A stretch of DNA of 64,000 bases. It comes from an uncultured Gammaproteobacteria bacterium (GTDB taxonomy: Bacteria; Patescibacteriota; Microgenomatia; UBA10105; UBA927). The position numbers and the translations under genes were made by a program. The notes under the pieces were generated by a model. That model ran no database searches. It saw only the letters and a list, made by a program, of their open reading frames with translations, and was not told the DNA's origin. This document shows, in pieces, positions 1 through 10,206 of the stretch (position 1 is the stretch's first letter; each line of letters begins with the position of its first letter). The stretch spans positions 705,319 to 769,318 of the forward strand of contig CAZVTT010000001.1 in NCBI GenBank assembly GCA_964629685.1. The letters run 5' to 3'.

Positions 1-1
1 C

Positions 2-226
2 TCGAATGTTTCTTCAATACCAGAAGTCGTGGGAAATTGTGGAATTCTTGTTGATCCTGACAATATTGCTCAAATAGCTACTGCGATGAAAGAAGTCCTG
101 AATAATGAACAAAAACGGAGTCTTATGCGTGAAAAAGGATTATCTCAATCTCGAAAATTTACGTGGAACAGAACAGTAGATTCCTTATTTCAAATATATA
201 ATGAAGTGTTACAGAGAGCTATTTGA
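2..226 (+). CDS. C-terminal fragment of a GT4 (GT-B fold) glycosyltransferase. The 5' end lies outside the window.
   Basis: Frame 2 is open from the window edge. The tail ...EVVGNCGILVDPDNIAQIATAMKEVLNNEQKRSLMREKGLSQSRKFTWNRTV... has the typical GT4 C-terminal pattern. It is convergent with the next gene and overlaps it by 18 nt. Confidence 0.5.
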   Translation, partial: SNVSSIPEVVGNCGILVDPDNIAQIATAMKEVLNNEQKRSLMREKGLSQSRKFTWNRTVDSLFQIYNEVLQRAI

Positions 227-1297
227 TAGAACTTTAGAGTATACCTTCACCGTCTCCATTGCCGCATGTTCCCAGGTAAACTGTTTTATATGTCTGTATC
301 CATTTTTACCTATTTTTCCTAATAATAATCTGTCTTTATATGCTGTAATCATGGCATTATTAAGTCCAAGATTTTGTGTATGGTCGTATAAATAGCCGAT
401 TTCATCCGGCAAATCTGTAATTGATCCCAATTTTGGAGCTATTATTGGTTTTCCAAATGAAAGAGCAAGTACAGCTGATCCACTGGTTGAAATTCGCGAA
501 AAAGGTAAAACTACTATATCTGCAGAATTAAAGTATATCTGGACATCATCATTATTAGCAGGGGTAGGGTCAAAAAGTATTTTACCAACTCCGTTTGTTA
601 AGCTGTTTAGTTTGACTTTATATTTTGGATCGGGACATTTCCCTTTAATAATCAGCAGGGAGTCCGGAATACTAACTAGAACTTTTTTATATTCGCGAAT
701 GAGTTCTTCAATTCCTTTATATTCTCTTAATTGACCAAAAAATAAGAAGATAAATGCATTTCCGGAAACTTTCAGCAGATTTCTAGCTTTATTCTTTGAT
801 AAATTGTTTTCGTAAGTTCCTATATAATTTGCATGGGGAATAACGGAAATATTCCTGCTATCTCCTTTTACTGACTCCAATTCAATACGAGTAGATTCCG
901 AGTGGACAATAATATGGTCAGCAAGGTTTAAAAGTATTTTTGTAATTTGTTGATCGTTTGAGGTCTCCGGTTCGTGGGGAACAACATTGTGTGCTGACCA
1001 GACAATTTTATATCCTAATAATTTAAGCCAATAGAGAGAGAAAATGGTGTTTATATACGATAAAAGCAGCATAAATGGATGTTTTGTTGGAAACGAAAAC
1101 ATAATCCAGTGTAAATGGAATAATTCGATGCCTTGAAGTCGATACATAAACACCTGAAAGTACCAAAAGAATAGATTTATGGTTGTGGACGATGTAAGTC
1201 GTTCTAAAAATGTAACGCTACAATTTTTCGTTGCCGTACTAGCATATAAAAGCGACAAATATGGATTTTCAACAGATGGATATACAAGTATTTTCAT
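209..1297 (-). CDS. GT4-family glycosyltransferase with an N-terminal membrane segment
   Basis: 362 aa ORF. The C-terminal half (FIFLFFGQLREYKGIEELIREY...IVVLPFSRISTSGSAVLALSFGKPIIAP) matches the GT-B nucleotide-sugar-binding pattern of GT4 enzymes. The gene is AT-rich. Confidence 0.55.
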   Translation of the reverse strand: MKILVYPSVENPYLSLLYASTATKNCSVTFLERLTSSTTINLFFWYFQVFMYRLQGIELFHLHWIMFSFPTKHPFMLLLSYINTIFSLYWLKLLGYKIVWSAHNVVPHEPETSNDQQITKILLNLADHIIVHSESTRIELESVKGDSRNISVIPHANYIGTYENNLSKNKARNLLKVSGNAFIFLFFGQLREYKGIEELIREYKKVLVSIPDSLLIIKGKCPDPKYKVKLNSLTNGVGKILFDPTPANNDDVQIYFNSADIVVLPFSRISTSGSAVLALSFGKPIIAPKLGSITDLPDEIGYLYDHTQNLGLNNAMITAYKDRLLLGKIGKNGYRHIKQFTWEHAAMETVKVYSKVLSNSSL

Positions 1298-1302
1298 AAT
1301 AA

Positions 1303-2184
1303 CTATAAGTGAATCAGTTCGCGATCGATTTTTTCAATAATTGAACTACTGTTGTCATCAAATTTTCGAGCAAATAAAATATCATGCGTTCCGAAATCAT
1401 TAGTAAAAGTACCTTTTTTTAGTATCGGAAAATCCTTTTCAGAAATGATTCTCGGGTTTGATTCACCCTTAATCCAGTTGGTATACATTACGTTCGGTTT
1501 AACACGATCCATAAACTTTGAATTTCCAATTATGGTATGGAAGAATGTTTCGTCCGGGATGAGTGTATGTTTCCAAAAGTTTACAAACTCAGGGTTATCG
1601 TCAATATATTCCAATATGTATTTAATGCATTCTCGGCTAAGTACCCACCACGAACTTCCACCAAATAACGTCATATGTCTATATTTTCGTGGTAATTCCC
1701 TTTTAATATCTAGGATGCGAATACTATGATTGAGTGCACGTTTTGTTAGGCCAAGTAGTGAGTCATTCCGATTAGCTTCCAACACACGAAAATATTGAAT
1801 ACGATCTAGCGTTTTTCCAGCCTCCGGCATTTTTACTATATTAATATGTTCTTTTTTTTGTTGACCCAAATATTTCTGAATATGCGCTTGGCTTCTGACC
1901 GGATAATCTGAACCATACAAAAGAATGAAATAGTCGTTACTTTTGTTGGTAATGGCATTTCTAAGTAGTTTTATTTGTGCTTCAACTTGACTAAATTCAC
2001 CCCAAAAGACTTTATGACTATTGGTTTCGAAATAAATATTACTTCCAGGTTTTATAGGGAAAGAATATTCGTGTTTTTTATCGATATGAATATACAAATA
2101 ATTGTTAACCGAAATTAATTCTTTTTGTAAACGGGTAAAATGATCGTGTTGATTATATGCTAGTAGGATATATGCTATTTTCAT
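1303..2184 (-). CDS. Core-2/I-branching (GT14-like) beta-glycosyltransferase
   Basis: 293 aa. The N-terminus MKIAYILLAYNQHDHFTRLQKEL is typical of bacterial 'Branch' (GT14) family members. The start ATGA-overlaps the upstream gene's stop. Confidence 0.45.
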   Translation of the reverse strand: MKIAYILLAYNQHDHFTRLQKELISVNNYLYIHIDKKHEYSFPIKPGSNIYFETNSHKVFWGEFSQVEAQIKLLRNAITNKSNDYFILLYGSDYPVRSQAHIQKYLGQQKKEHINIVKMPEAGKTLDRIQYFRVLEANRNDSLLGLTKRALNHSIRILDIKRELPRKYRHMTLFGGSSWWVLSRECIKYILEYIDDNPEFVNFWKHTLIPDETFFHTIIGNSKFMDRVKPNVMYTNWIKGESNPRIISEKDFPILKKGTFTNDFGTHDILFARKFDDNSSSIIEKIDRELIHL

Positions 2185-3734
2185 TTGTATTTTTGATTGA
2201 GAACTCCGTTTCTTTTTATTAGGTAACCTTTACCTAGAACAGAAGATTCAATGTAATTATTGTTAATCCATGTCAATACGGCATTGTGATATTCATTTTT
2301 AGGCTTAATTTCAGACAAATTGGTTCTATTGAGTGTGGGAATATTTAGTACTATAAGTTCTGGTGCACTAATGGATAAATCTTGGAGCAGTGTTTTTGTC
2401 GTAAGATCTGAATGACTTCCGTAGTCGAGAAAAGTCATAAAAGTAATTCCAGTAGGTAAAGGTCTTTTAGCATAGTAATACAAAATAGGATCGGATCCGT
2501 ATTGAAAAAAAGTTTCCGAAGCAGGTAGTATGGTATTAATGAATTCAGAAGTTTTTTTAGTTTCTACAAATGTATTACCGTATTTAATACGTGAGATATC
2601 ATTGGGGGTCCAGAAAATAAATCTGAATTGTACACAGGCAGAAAGAAACAATAATATAATTATTGTAAAATTTTGAAACTTTTTAACACTATTTGTTGTA
2701 ATATATTCAAATAGTAACCATGAACTTCCAATCGTAAATATTGGCAACCAGAGTTGATAATAGTGGGGATACCATTTTCCGGGTATAGAAATCATTAGTA
2801 TAACCGAGATTGTATAAACCAACAGGCTGTACCAGTAGTATTTTCGACTGATAATTCCGTTAATTAGTCCCATAATGAATAGTAATACAAAAGGTATAAA
2901 ACTAATAAAACGTTTTGTAAGTAATACTGTTGGTTTTAATCCAATTATAATATTTTTAACTATAGACGTTGTTTCTCCAGTGGCTTCTATTGTTCCCGAA
3001 TAACCCATATTAAAGTAAAAAACTGCGTATATAAAATTGTCCAGCCAGCCGTTGACAAAATAGTAACCAAATGTTCCAAACCAAAGTAAAACTGGTACAA
3101 CAGAAATCGGTAATACGGATAATAATTTTTTAGAAGATGAGGTGCTATCATTATTTAGTATTTGTAGAAGCGAAAAAAGGATGATTGGTACAAAAGTTAT
3201 ATGCTTAAATAAAGAGGAAATTCCAAGTAATAAACCTAAAATAGTATTTTTCTTTATTGAGTTATTTTTATTGTAAATAAGTAAAGCAAAGCTCGCTGTT
3301 AACAATGTATTTAAAAATACTTCAACATTAGGCTGATTTGCTTGTAAAGGTATATTTCCAGACAGAATTGTCCAGGTTAAGGCAGTAAGATAACCCGCTA
3401 ACTTGTTAAGTTTTAAACCTATAAAATATAATGCGATAAGTGTAAATATCGAAAACGTAACGTTAATTAGCCAGATTGTCCGGTCTCCATATCCGAAAAT
3501 GTATTCAAAGAAAGCATACGTAACATATACAAGTGGAGGTTTATGATCAAATAGGTCAATGTATAATAGTTTTCCGGAAAGTAACTCATGGCCATAAACT
3601 GCATATGTTCCAATATCTCGTTCAAAAGGTTCGTGAATAGTATGATATCTGACGAGACATATTATGATTGAACAGATAACAAGAAAGACAGTGGGATTTT
3701 GAGCGAAAGTTAAAAACTTAGAAAAAAGCTTCAT
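2181..3734 (-). CDS. Polytopic GT-C membrane glycosyltransferase, ArnT/PMT-like (GT39/83-like)
   Basis: The ORF is highly hydrophobic with more than 10 predicted TM segments. The first periplasmic loop carries ERDIGTYAVYGHELLSGKLLYIDLFDHKPPLVYV, the D-E...Y...KPPL motif of ArnT/PMT enzymes. The start was moved to the internal ATG at 3734, which ATGA-overlaps the upstream stop; the track starts the ORF at 3767. Confidence 0.5.
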   Translation of the reverse strand: MKLFSKFLTFAQNPTVFLVICSIIICLVRYHTIHEPFERDIGTYAVYGHELLSGKLLYIDLFDHKPPLVYVTYAFFEYIFGYGDRTIWLINVTFSIFTLIALYFIGLKLNKLAGYLTALTWTILSGNIPLQANQPNVEVFLNTLLTASFALLIYNKNNSIKKNTILGLLLGISSLFKHITFVPIILFSLLQILNNDSTSSSKKLLSVLPISVVPVLLWFGTFGYYFVNGWLDNFIYAVFYFNMGYSGTIEATGETTSIVKNIIIGLKPTVLLTKRFISFIPFVLLFIMGLINGIISRKYYWYSLLVYTISVILMISIPGKWYPHYYQLWLPIFTIGSSWLLFEYITTNSVKKFQNFTIIILLFLSACVQFRFIFWTPNDISRIKYGNTFVETKKTSEFINTILPASETFFQYGSDPILYYYAKRPLPTGITFMTFLDYGSHSDLTTKTLLQDLSISAPELIVLNIPTLNRTNLSEIKPKNEYHNAVLTWINNNYIESSVLGKGYLIKRNGVLNQKYK

Positions 3735-4597
3735 TTTGATTTTTCTCCTTCTAATAGAGCTATCCATAAGCCTAATCCGAAAGACAAATTATATGTTATT
3801 GTTTGAAAAGGATTATTTTTTATGTTTTTGATGAAAAGTGGAAGGAAAATAAGAAATAACATCGGAGAGTAAAATGAGACAATAAATACTGGTATTAATA
3901 CGAAATATGCTAGTACAACAATATCTGACCGTAGTATTTCTCCTCTTCTAGTCTTAAATTTTTTATATAATCTAAATCTAGCTTTACCATATCTGTAGGC
4001 TCTCTTAAATTCAGTTTGATAATTTCCCCAATTGTGGGTAACAATAGCAGTTGAGGCGAATTTAATTTTATATCCAGCAACTATAGCTCTCCATGTGAAA
4101 TCTACATCCGATCCATACTCGAACGTTTCATCGAAATATCCAATTTTGTTAAATACTTCTTTTTTTATTGCAAGATTTATGGTTGGTGCTTCCGAAAGAT
4201 ATTTTTTAGTATTTGATATACGGTCATGATTTCGAAAAGTATTTTGTTTATCAGATATCGTTTTACCAGCAACGATGTTTTCCTTGTCGCTATATATTGG
4301 TTTTAGTAAATTATTTAACCAATCCCTCTGCGGTATACAACTTGCGTCTATAAAGACAATTATTTCTCCTTTTGCGGCTTTTACACCTATATTCCGTTGC
4401 TCCGGAATTGTAATTTTCTTTTTATTTGCATGATACGGGATTACATGTATGTTTTTATTCTCAGGAAAAGATTCCAGCCTGTCAGAACCACTTACAACAA
4501 TAATCTCATGCTGCCTTGTTATATGCTGTTTTAAAATTGTTGCAACCGTTTGATATACGGATCTATCGTTTTTAGTAATTATTATTATTGAAATCAT
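3731..4597 (-). CDS. GT2-family glycosyltransferase
   Basis: 288 aa. MISIIIITKNDRSVYQTVATILKQ...IVFIDASCIP matches GT-A fold GT2 N-terminal motifs. Confidence 0.55.
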   Translation of the reverse strand: MISIIIITKNDRSVYQTVATILKQHITRQHEIIVVSGSDRLESFPENKNIHVIPYHANKKKITIPEQRNIGVKAAKGEIIVFIDASCIPQRDWLNNLLKPIYSDKENIVAGKTISDKQNTFRNHDRISNTKKYLSEAPTINLAIKKEVFNKIGYFDETFEYGSDVDFTWRAIVAGYKIKFASTAIVTHNWGNYQTEFKRAYRYGKARFRLYKKFKTRRGEILRSDIVVLAYFVLIPVFIVSFYSPMLFLIFLPLFIKNIKNNPFQTITYNLSFGLGLWIALLEGEKSK

Positions 4598-4598
4598 A

Positions 4599-6848
4599 TT
4601 AGCGAAAAATAGTTGACGATTTATTTGAATATATTTTGTTTTTGTTTTGTGTTAAGAAGTCGTACGGGTAAAGGTAGCTAATTGTTATTCCGGCAATATT
4701 TTTATATGAGATCCGTTTTACTTCGTTTGGATAACTTAAGAAAACATAGGATTGGATAAACATGTTAGCTGGGTGAATGTCTGTATTCGGATATAGAAAT
4801 TTATAGGAGGATGCAATATATTTAAAATTCGCATAGCCATCAGTGTAAACAGTAATCCCACTTTGCTCTTTATTTTTACTAAACCACTGAGAGGAAGCTT
4901 TTTCTGTTTCCAGCAAGTAATAGTTATTAAAGCCATCGCCAAAATTATTAAATTGTATAGTCGGATAAGTATTGCCCATTAGTTGACTAAGAAACCCTGT
5001 ATATATTAGAAAATAAGCAATACTGAGTGAGGAAGCTGAAATAAATAGAATTTTTTGTATTAATTTTTTAGTTATAAATGCGAATGGGAATAGTAATGGT
5101 ACTACCAGTAAGACTAAAAGTTGTTGAAATGTTCGAAGCAAGTCGTAGTCTAGTGTGAAAAAAGGAACAATCATAAAAATAAGAAGTACTGTTAATCCAC
5201 CGAGGGTAGAAGCTACAACGTCTATATGAAAGTGCTTTTTCCGTACATTTACTAACATTACGATTGCACCAATAATAATTATCAATTTGAATATCTTTTT
5301 CACTATTTCAGCTAAAAAGTTTATTTGATTGCTAATTTTAATAGGAATTTTTGCAGGAATAAATTCTGAAGATACTATAGTAGGTATATAGTCAGCATAA
5401 GTTGATGGGTTGTAATATCCAGAACTTCGATTCTTATTTGCAAACGAGTCCAGATAATCCTGGAAAATAACATTTCGGTCTTTTGGAGTGTACGACAGAT
5501 TAAATTGATCAAATGGGCTAGTTTGTTCTTTGCGGTTATCATCAGAAAAAATTGTATGTAACCTGCGGAATGAATTAGAGATATAACCTAAGATATTGCT
5601 TGAATTACTATTTAGATCGGAATACCAGAATAACGTCACTACTCCCAAAAACATTACCAAAAGAAATGAGAGATTACTTACTGCATGTGTTGTTTTAGTA
5701 ATTCTATGGATTAGTTTCAGAATTAAACTGTATCCATAAATACTGCTAAATAGAATTATGGCTACATAGGAAGTCGAATAGTGAGACACAATCATTCCTA
5801 AGGCAAAAAGAAAAATCATTGCTTTGTTTCCTGGAGAATTTACCTTATTGGTAAAAATAGAAAAGACGAGCAAAGCGAAAAAGAAAAACGATATTTCTTG
5901 TCTCATATGCATTGGAAGTGCATTTATGTATATTGGAAATGAGATAAAGAACAGTGAACCTATAAACGAATAGGTGTTAGTGAAGAACCGTTTAGCAAAT
6001 AGTAGAACAGTTACCGGAAGAAATGCTGTGAGAATCTGAAACAAAAACTTGAATACGATTAGCGGTTCAACGTCTAGAAGTTTCGCTATAAAAGTTGGGA
6101 ATAACGTAATACTTAAACAGGCATAATATGCGTGTTTTATACTGTTTACTACCCACTGGCCTTTTTGAAAAGTAGTCTGAAACATCATGTATTCCGTCAT
6201 AATGTCTGAACCGGCTATAAGCGTGTTTCTGGCAGATAGCATAAGGAGGATTGCCAATCCGATTGAATAAACTGCTGCGATATATACATACGTTTGAAGT
6301 CTTCTGGGGAATGAAAGTAGAGCCACTATATATACAGTTATAAAAGTGAGCATAAATAACGTTAGGGTGTTTGGTAGATTATTGGTGATTCTGTTAGCGC
6401 CGAAAATAGATAAAACAGGGAACAATAATGGAAGAAATGCCATTAGGACAGAGATTTTCTCTAGTCGTATTATTTGAGTAGAAAGTGTGACTGTTGTTTT
6501 TCTCAATAATATATATAACGCAAGAACGGCTATTGCAATGGAATAACCAGGTAACAGGTTGAGCTGGGATAATGGTTGAGTAATTCCCAGATAGGGTAAG
6601 GTTACATTAATACCTAGGCCCAAAAAAAGTAAAAAGGAAACACCTAAGCCTACAATATAAATACATTTTTCATAAATTGAGTCTGCATGAATCCGAAGAA
6701 TGAGTGATAGTAGGAATCCAGGTAATAAAAAAGACATTGGGAATGCATAAAAATAAACTCCTATCGGGTTTCTGATTAATACACTTAGGTTAAAAAATCC
6801 CAGTGCCAAAATAATCACTATGAACAACGATGTATACGATAGTTTCAT
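4599..6848 (-). CDS. Large polytopic membrane protein, DUF2206-like; a putative lipid-linked glycan transferase or polymerase
   Basis: 749 aa with many TM helices and a C-terminal soluble domain. Its general architecture resembles the DUF2206 family. The product call is weak. Confidence 0.35.
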   Translation of the reverse strand: MKLSYTSLFIVIILALGFFNLSVLIRNPIGVYFYAFPMSFLLPGFLLSLILRIHADSIYEKCIYIVGLGVSFLLFLGLGINVTLPYLGITQPLSQLNLLPGYSIAIAVLALYILLRKTTVTLSTQIIRLEKISVLMAFLPLLFPVLSIFGANRITNNLPNTLTLFMLTFITVYIVALLSFPRRLQTYVYIAAVYSIGLAILLMLSARNTLIAGSDIMTEYMMFQTTFQKGQWVVNSIKHAYYACLSITLFPTFIAKLLDVEPLIVFKFLFQILTAFLPVTVLLFAKRFFTNTYSFIGSLFFISFPIYINALPMHMRQEISFFFFALLVFSIFTNKVNSPGNKAMIFLFALGMIVSHYSTSYVAIILFSSIYGYSLILKLIHRITKTTHAVSNLSFLLVMFLGVVTLFWYSDLNSNSSNILGYISNSFRRLHTIFSDDNRKEQTSPFDQFNLSYTPKDRNVIFQDYLDSFANKNRSSGYYNPSTYADYIPTIVSSEFIPAKIPIKISNQINFLAEIVKKIFKLIIIIGAIVMLVNVRKKHFHIDVVASTLGGLTVLLIFMIVPFFTLDYDLLRTFQQLLVLLVVPLLFPFAFITKKLIQKILFISASSLSIAYFLIYTGFLSQLMGNTYPTIQFNNFGDGFNNYYLLETEKASSQWFSKNKEQSGITVYTDGYANFKYIASSYKFLYPNTDIHPANMFIQSYVFLSYPNEVKRISYKNIAGITISYLYPYDFLTQNKNKIYSNKSSTIFR

Positions 6849-9061
6849 AGAATTTGATTGTAAACCGTTATAAGTTTATCAATAGTGTTATTCCAGCTAA
6901 ATTTTTTCGAGTATTTGCTTACTTCTCTGCTTAAATGCATCCGCATAGGTACATTATCGATTAAAGTGTCAATGTCATGAGCAAATTGTACTGTGTTATT
7001 TATATTACCAAGAATACCCATACTATTAAGTATTTCCCGTACTTCTGGCGTATCATTCGCCACGATTGGTAGTCCCATTGCCATTGCTTCGAGTAAAACT
7101 AGTGGAAATGCCTCACGCTCTGAAGGTAGAATAAATATATCTGATGCTTTATACATTTCTATAAGCGCATTCCCTTTTAGAGTTCCATGAAATATTACGT
7201 TTGAAAGCTCAAGTTGTTTAGCAATATTTTCAGCTTTGCTTCTCAATTCTCCGTCTCCGACTATATGAAGTTCAACTGAGTTGCGGACGTGTGGTATTAC
7301 GTCAAGCAGTTTGAAAATATTTTTTTGGGTAGTAAGGCGGCCTACAAAAAGTAATTTGATGAACTTTTTAGGGCGAATAGTTCGTTTAAATAAATATTCA
7401 TTTTCAAAACCATTCGGAATTATGGTTATTTTTTCGGTTTTTAATCCATACAATTGTATAACTCTCTTTTTCTGAGTATTGTTTAAGACAATAATTTTGT
7501 TTGCATTTCGTAAAACGCGTTTTAGAAAGAGTTGCTTATATAACGGCAACAAAAAACCTAATTTTCCAGATGCACCCAAATCAATATGTATATGAGCAAC
7601 ATAAGGTATCCCTCTTACTTTAGCTATAAATGCCACAATTTCCGGAAAAAGCGCCTGGGCAATGTGTAAATGGATTATTGATCTTTTAGGTAATGAAAAA
7701 AGTTTTTTGATTAAGCCAAAGGGTATAGGAGTATGCGCAAGTTCAAACGCTTTTAACCGGGTAATTTCAAGTGATTCTGTTTTAAAATGATTATTAAATC
7801 CCAAAGATGTTGTAATCACTGATGTGTTTATATTATTAGCTTTGAGACCAGCAGTGATGTTTTCTACGCATTGTTCCATACCACCTAAGTGTGGGGGGTA
7901 ATATGGAGTGAGTTGAACTATGGATGGAATTCTTTCATTCTTATTCGCAATTTCGGATAACACATCCATATATTTTTGAGTTTTATTCTCCCATTGAAAT
8001 TTACTTGCTGTAATCAACCCGTTAGTTACTAAGTGATTAGCTTTTACTGTCTCTTTGAGCAGCGTACGAATTGCTGTTGCAAGTTCATGTGGATTCCCCG
8101 GTTCAACCAGTAATCCGTTTTTATTATGTGTTATTAGGTGTGGAATCCCGCCAATATTTGAGCCTATTACATTTGTTCCACAAGCCATAGCCTCCAGCAA
8201 TACCATACCGAAGGACTCAGCCTCAGATGTAGATGGTAGCACTAATATATTTGAAGATTGATATTCTTTTACTAAGTCCAGACCATTCCGTCTTCCTACA
8301 AATTTTACATGATTCTCTAGTTCGTAATTAACTGTCTGTTTTTTATATAGATCTACTGCATTCCCATCTCCAACTACGCGGAGATTAAGTGGAAAACCTT
8401 GCATATGTAAGATTTTTATGGCTGAAATTAATGTTGAAAGTCCTTTCCATTTGGTTGCATTGTCTATATTCCCGACGAAAAGTACAGTATTCTTTCGTTT
8501 TTTACCTGCAGCTTTATACTGGTTTAAATCAACTCCAGGTTGAATTAACCAGCTTGATCTAGCAATCGGAGCAATTTTTTCTTTTAAAAACGGTGGAGAT
8601 ATTGCTATTACTGCGTCTGAATTTTTTATTAGTTCTGGCAAAATGTTTTTTTCATAAACATTAATAATCGAATCTACAAGTAAATTGTTTTTTTTCATGC
8701 TCCCGGCATGATAGGTAAGAATAAAAGGGTTATTATTTTTTGCAAGATATGCCATATCCGCCATAAATGGAACGGGTGCGTGAGCATTAATAATGTCTGG
8801 CTTTTCTTTTTTAATAATTTCCCGTAAGTGAAAGTACCAATTCGGGTTTATTGGGGTATTCGAGAGTTTAAACAGCGTTGGTAGTCTATATATTTTTATA
8901 CCGTCCAAGGTTTCAGTAGTTATGGATTTATTATCAGACGAAGTCACTACAACAATCTCCATATGATAATCAAAACAAAGTTTTTGAGCTATTGAATATA
9001 CGTATCGTTCCAACCCTCCTACAGAAGGATAGAAATACGGAGTTGTAATAAGTATTTTCAT
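6845..9061 (-). CDS. Tandem double GT4 glycosyltransferase (GT4-GT4 fusion)
   Basis: 738 aa. Two GT-B units are present. The first begins MKILITTPYFYPSVGGLERYV and contains ...VLPSTSEAESFGMVLLEAMACGTNVIGS. The second begins SIVQLTPYYPPHLGGMEQCV and contains ...ILPSEREAFPLVLLEAMAMGLPIVA. Each carries an E-x7-E-like motif. Confidence 0.6.
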   Translation of the reverse strand: MKILITTPYFYPSVGGLERYVYSIAQKLCFDYHMEIVVVTSSDNKSITTETLDGIKIYRLPTLFKLSNTPINPNWYFHLREIIKKEKPDIINAHAPVPFMADMAYLAKNNNPFILTYHAGSMKKNNLLVDSIINVYEKNILPELIKNSDAVIAISPPFLKEKIAPIARSSWLIQPGVDLNQYKAAGKKRKNTVLFVGNIDNATKWKGLSTLISAIKILHMQGFPLNLRVVGDGNAVDLYKKQTVNYELENHVKFVGRRNGLDLVKEYQSSNILVLPSTSEAESFGMVLLEAMACGTNVIGSNIGGIPHLITHNKNGLLVEPGNPHELATAIRTLLKETVKANHLVTNGLITASKFQWENKTQKYMDVLSEIANKNERIPSIVQLTPYYPPHLGGMEQCVENITAGLKANNINTSVITTSLGFNNHFKTESLEITRLKAFELAHTPIPFGLIKKLFSLPKRSIIHLHIAQALFPEIVAFIAKVRGIPYVAHIHIDLGASGKLGFLLPLYKQLFLKRVLRNANKIIVLNNTQKKRVIQLYGLKTEKITIIPNGFENEYLFKRTIRPKKFIKLLFVGRLTTQKNIFKLLDVIPHVRNSVELHIVGDGELRSKAENIAKQLELSNVIFHGTLKGNALIEMYKASDIFILPSEREAFPLVLLEAMAMGLPIVANDTPEVREILNSMGILGNINNTVQFAHDIDTLIDNVPMRMHLSREVSKYSKKFSWNNTIDKLITVYNQIL

Positions 9062-10194
9062 AGAGAATATACTTCGGTAATTTCTTTAACTATTTGATCC
9101 CAGTCTTTTATTTTTTTTGACTTAACTGGTAGATTATTTTTTTTGGTACTCAGATATAAACCAATTGCAGACGCAATCGATTCAGGTGTTAATTTCGTAA
9201 CTATTCCATCATTTTTATCAGTAATTAGTGTTTTGGCAGCATTATTCGGTTCGTCAACAGTGACGACCACAAGTCCAACAGCTAAAGCTTCTATAACTAC
9301 AATTCCATAACCTTCACGACTTGAAGGAATAACCAGAATTTTTGATCCTTTTAGCAGACTATATAATTCTGTTTTTGTTGAGCAAAATTCTAGAAAGATG
9401 ATGTTTTTTTGTAAATCTAATGATTCTACTAGTAGGTTTAAATTATTTTTTTCCGGTCCATCTCCTATAATTAAGCATCGAATTGATGGTGTGGTTTTTT
9501 TTAGCACAGAGATAGCTTTGATAAGAATATCTACGTTTTTATGTTTCAGTAACCTGCCTGCAAAAATGACATCAGATTTTTGTATTGGTTTTGGAGCAGT
9601 CAGAATTTGTGCATAATTAACTCCATTATTAATAGTATGTATTTTTTTGTCGTCTACATATCTTAACAATCTTTCTTTTGTAACAAACGAACTGGCAATA
9701 AAAACATTTGGAAGTTGAAAACTAATATATTCAATTACACTTGAGATAAATCCGAGTACTCCCATATATTTCAACCAATATTTTTTCCCCCATACTTCAT
9801 GCCATGTGGCAAACATTTTTTTACCTTTTAACCAGCATGCTAGTCGTACTGAATACAGGGGGAAATACGGCATGTGATCAACGTCTATTACATCAAACTC
9901 TTCTTTAAACAATTTAAGACACGCGAGTCCAAACAGTATCCCTTGTTTAATGGATCTGCGTTCTCCTGAATAGAGCGGATAGAGGGGGGATATGGCATGG
10001 AGGGTAACCCCTTCCTCTATGCGAACCTTTTCCGGAGTAGTCCACCACTTCATGCAGTAGATGTGTACGTCGTATCCGCGTTTAGCCAGACGCATGGATA
10101 TTTCGTGGAGCCGGGTTTCTTTGCCCCCTTTGTTGTAGGGGTAAATAGCATCGGATACAAAAGCAATACGGTGAGCCGTTTTTGCATTAACCAT
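9058..10194 (-). CDS. GT4-family glycosyltransferase
   Basis: 378 aa with RIAFVSDAIYPYNKGGKETRLHEIS...VIPSSREGYGIVVIEALAVGLVVV. Confidence 0.6.
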   Translation of the reverse strand: MVNAKTAHRIAFVSDAIYPYNKGGKETRLHEISMRLAKRGYDVHIYCMKWWTTPEKVRIEEGVTLHAISPLYPLYSGERRSIKQGILFGLACLKLFKEEFDVIDVDHMPYFPLYSVRLACWLKGKKMFATWHEVWGKKYWLKYMGVLGFISSVIEYISFQLPNVFIASSFVTKERLLRYVDDKKIHTINNGVNYAQILTAPKPIQKSDVIFAGRLLKHKNVDILIKAISVLKKTTPSIRCLIIGDGPEKNNLNLLVESLDLQKNIIFLEFCSTKTELYSLLKGSKILVIPSSREGYGIVVIEALAVGLVVVTVDEPNNAAKTLITDKNDGIVTKLTPESIASAIGLYLSTKKNNLPVKSKKIKDWDQIVKEITEVYSL

Positions 10195-10206
10195 AGGCGT
10201 AGTAAT

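Noticed and set aside
1352-1729. Numerous 60-165-aa ORFs embedded antisense or out of frame within large genes. Examples are 1352-1729, 4032-4229, 16020-16286, 17088-17585, 20101-20481, 25090-25515, 26209-26619, 30259-30627, 40067-40474, 49471-49917 and 56280-56633.
   Set aside because: They lie entirely inside well-supported longer CDSs on the other strand or frame. Their products are low-complexity (Pro/Arg/Ser-rich) and have no start signals. These are shadow ORFs.
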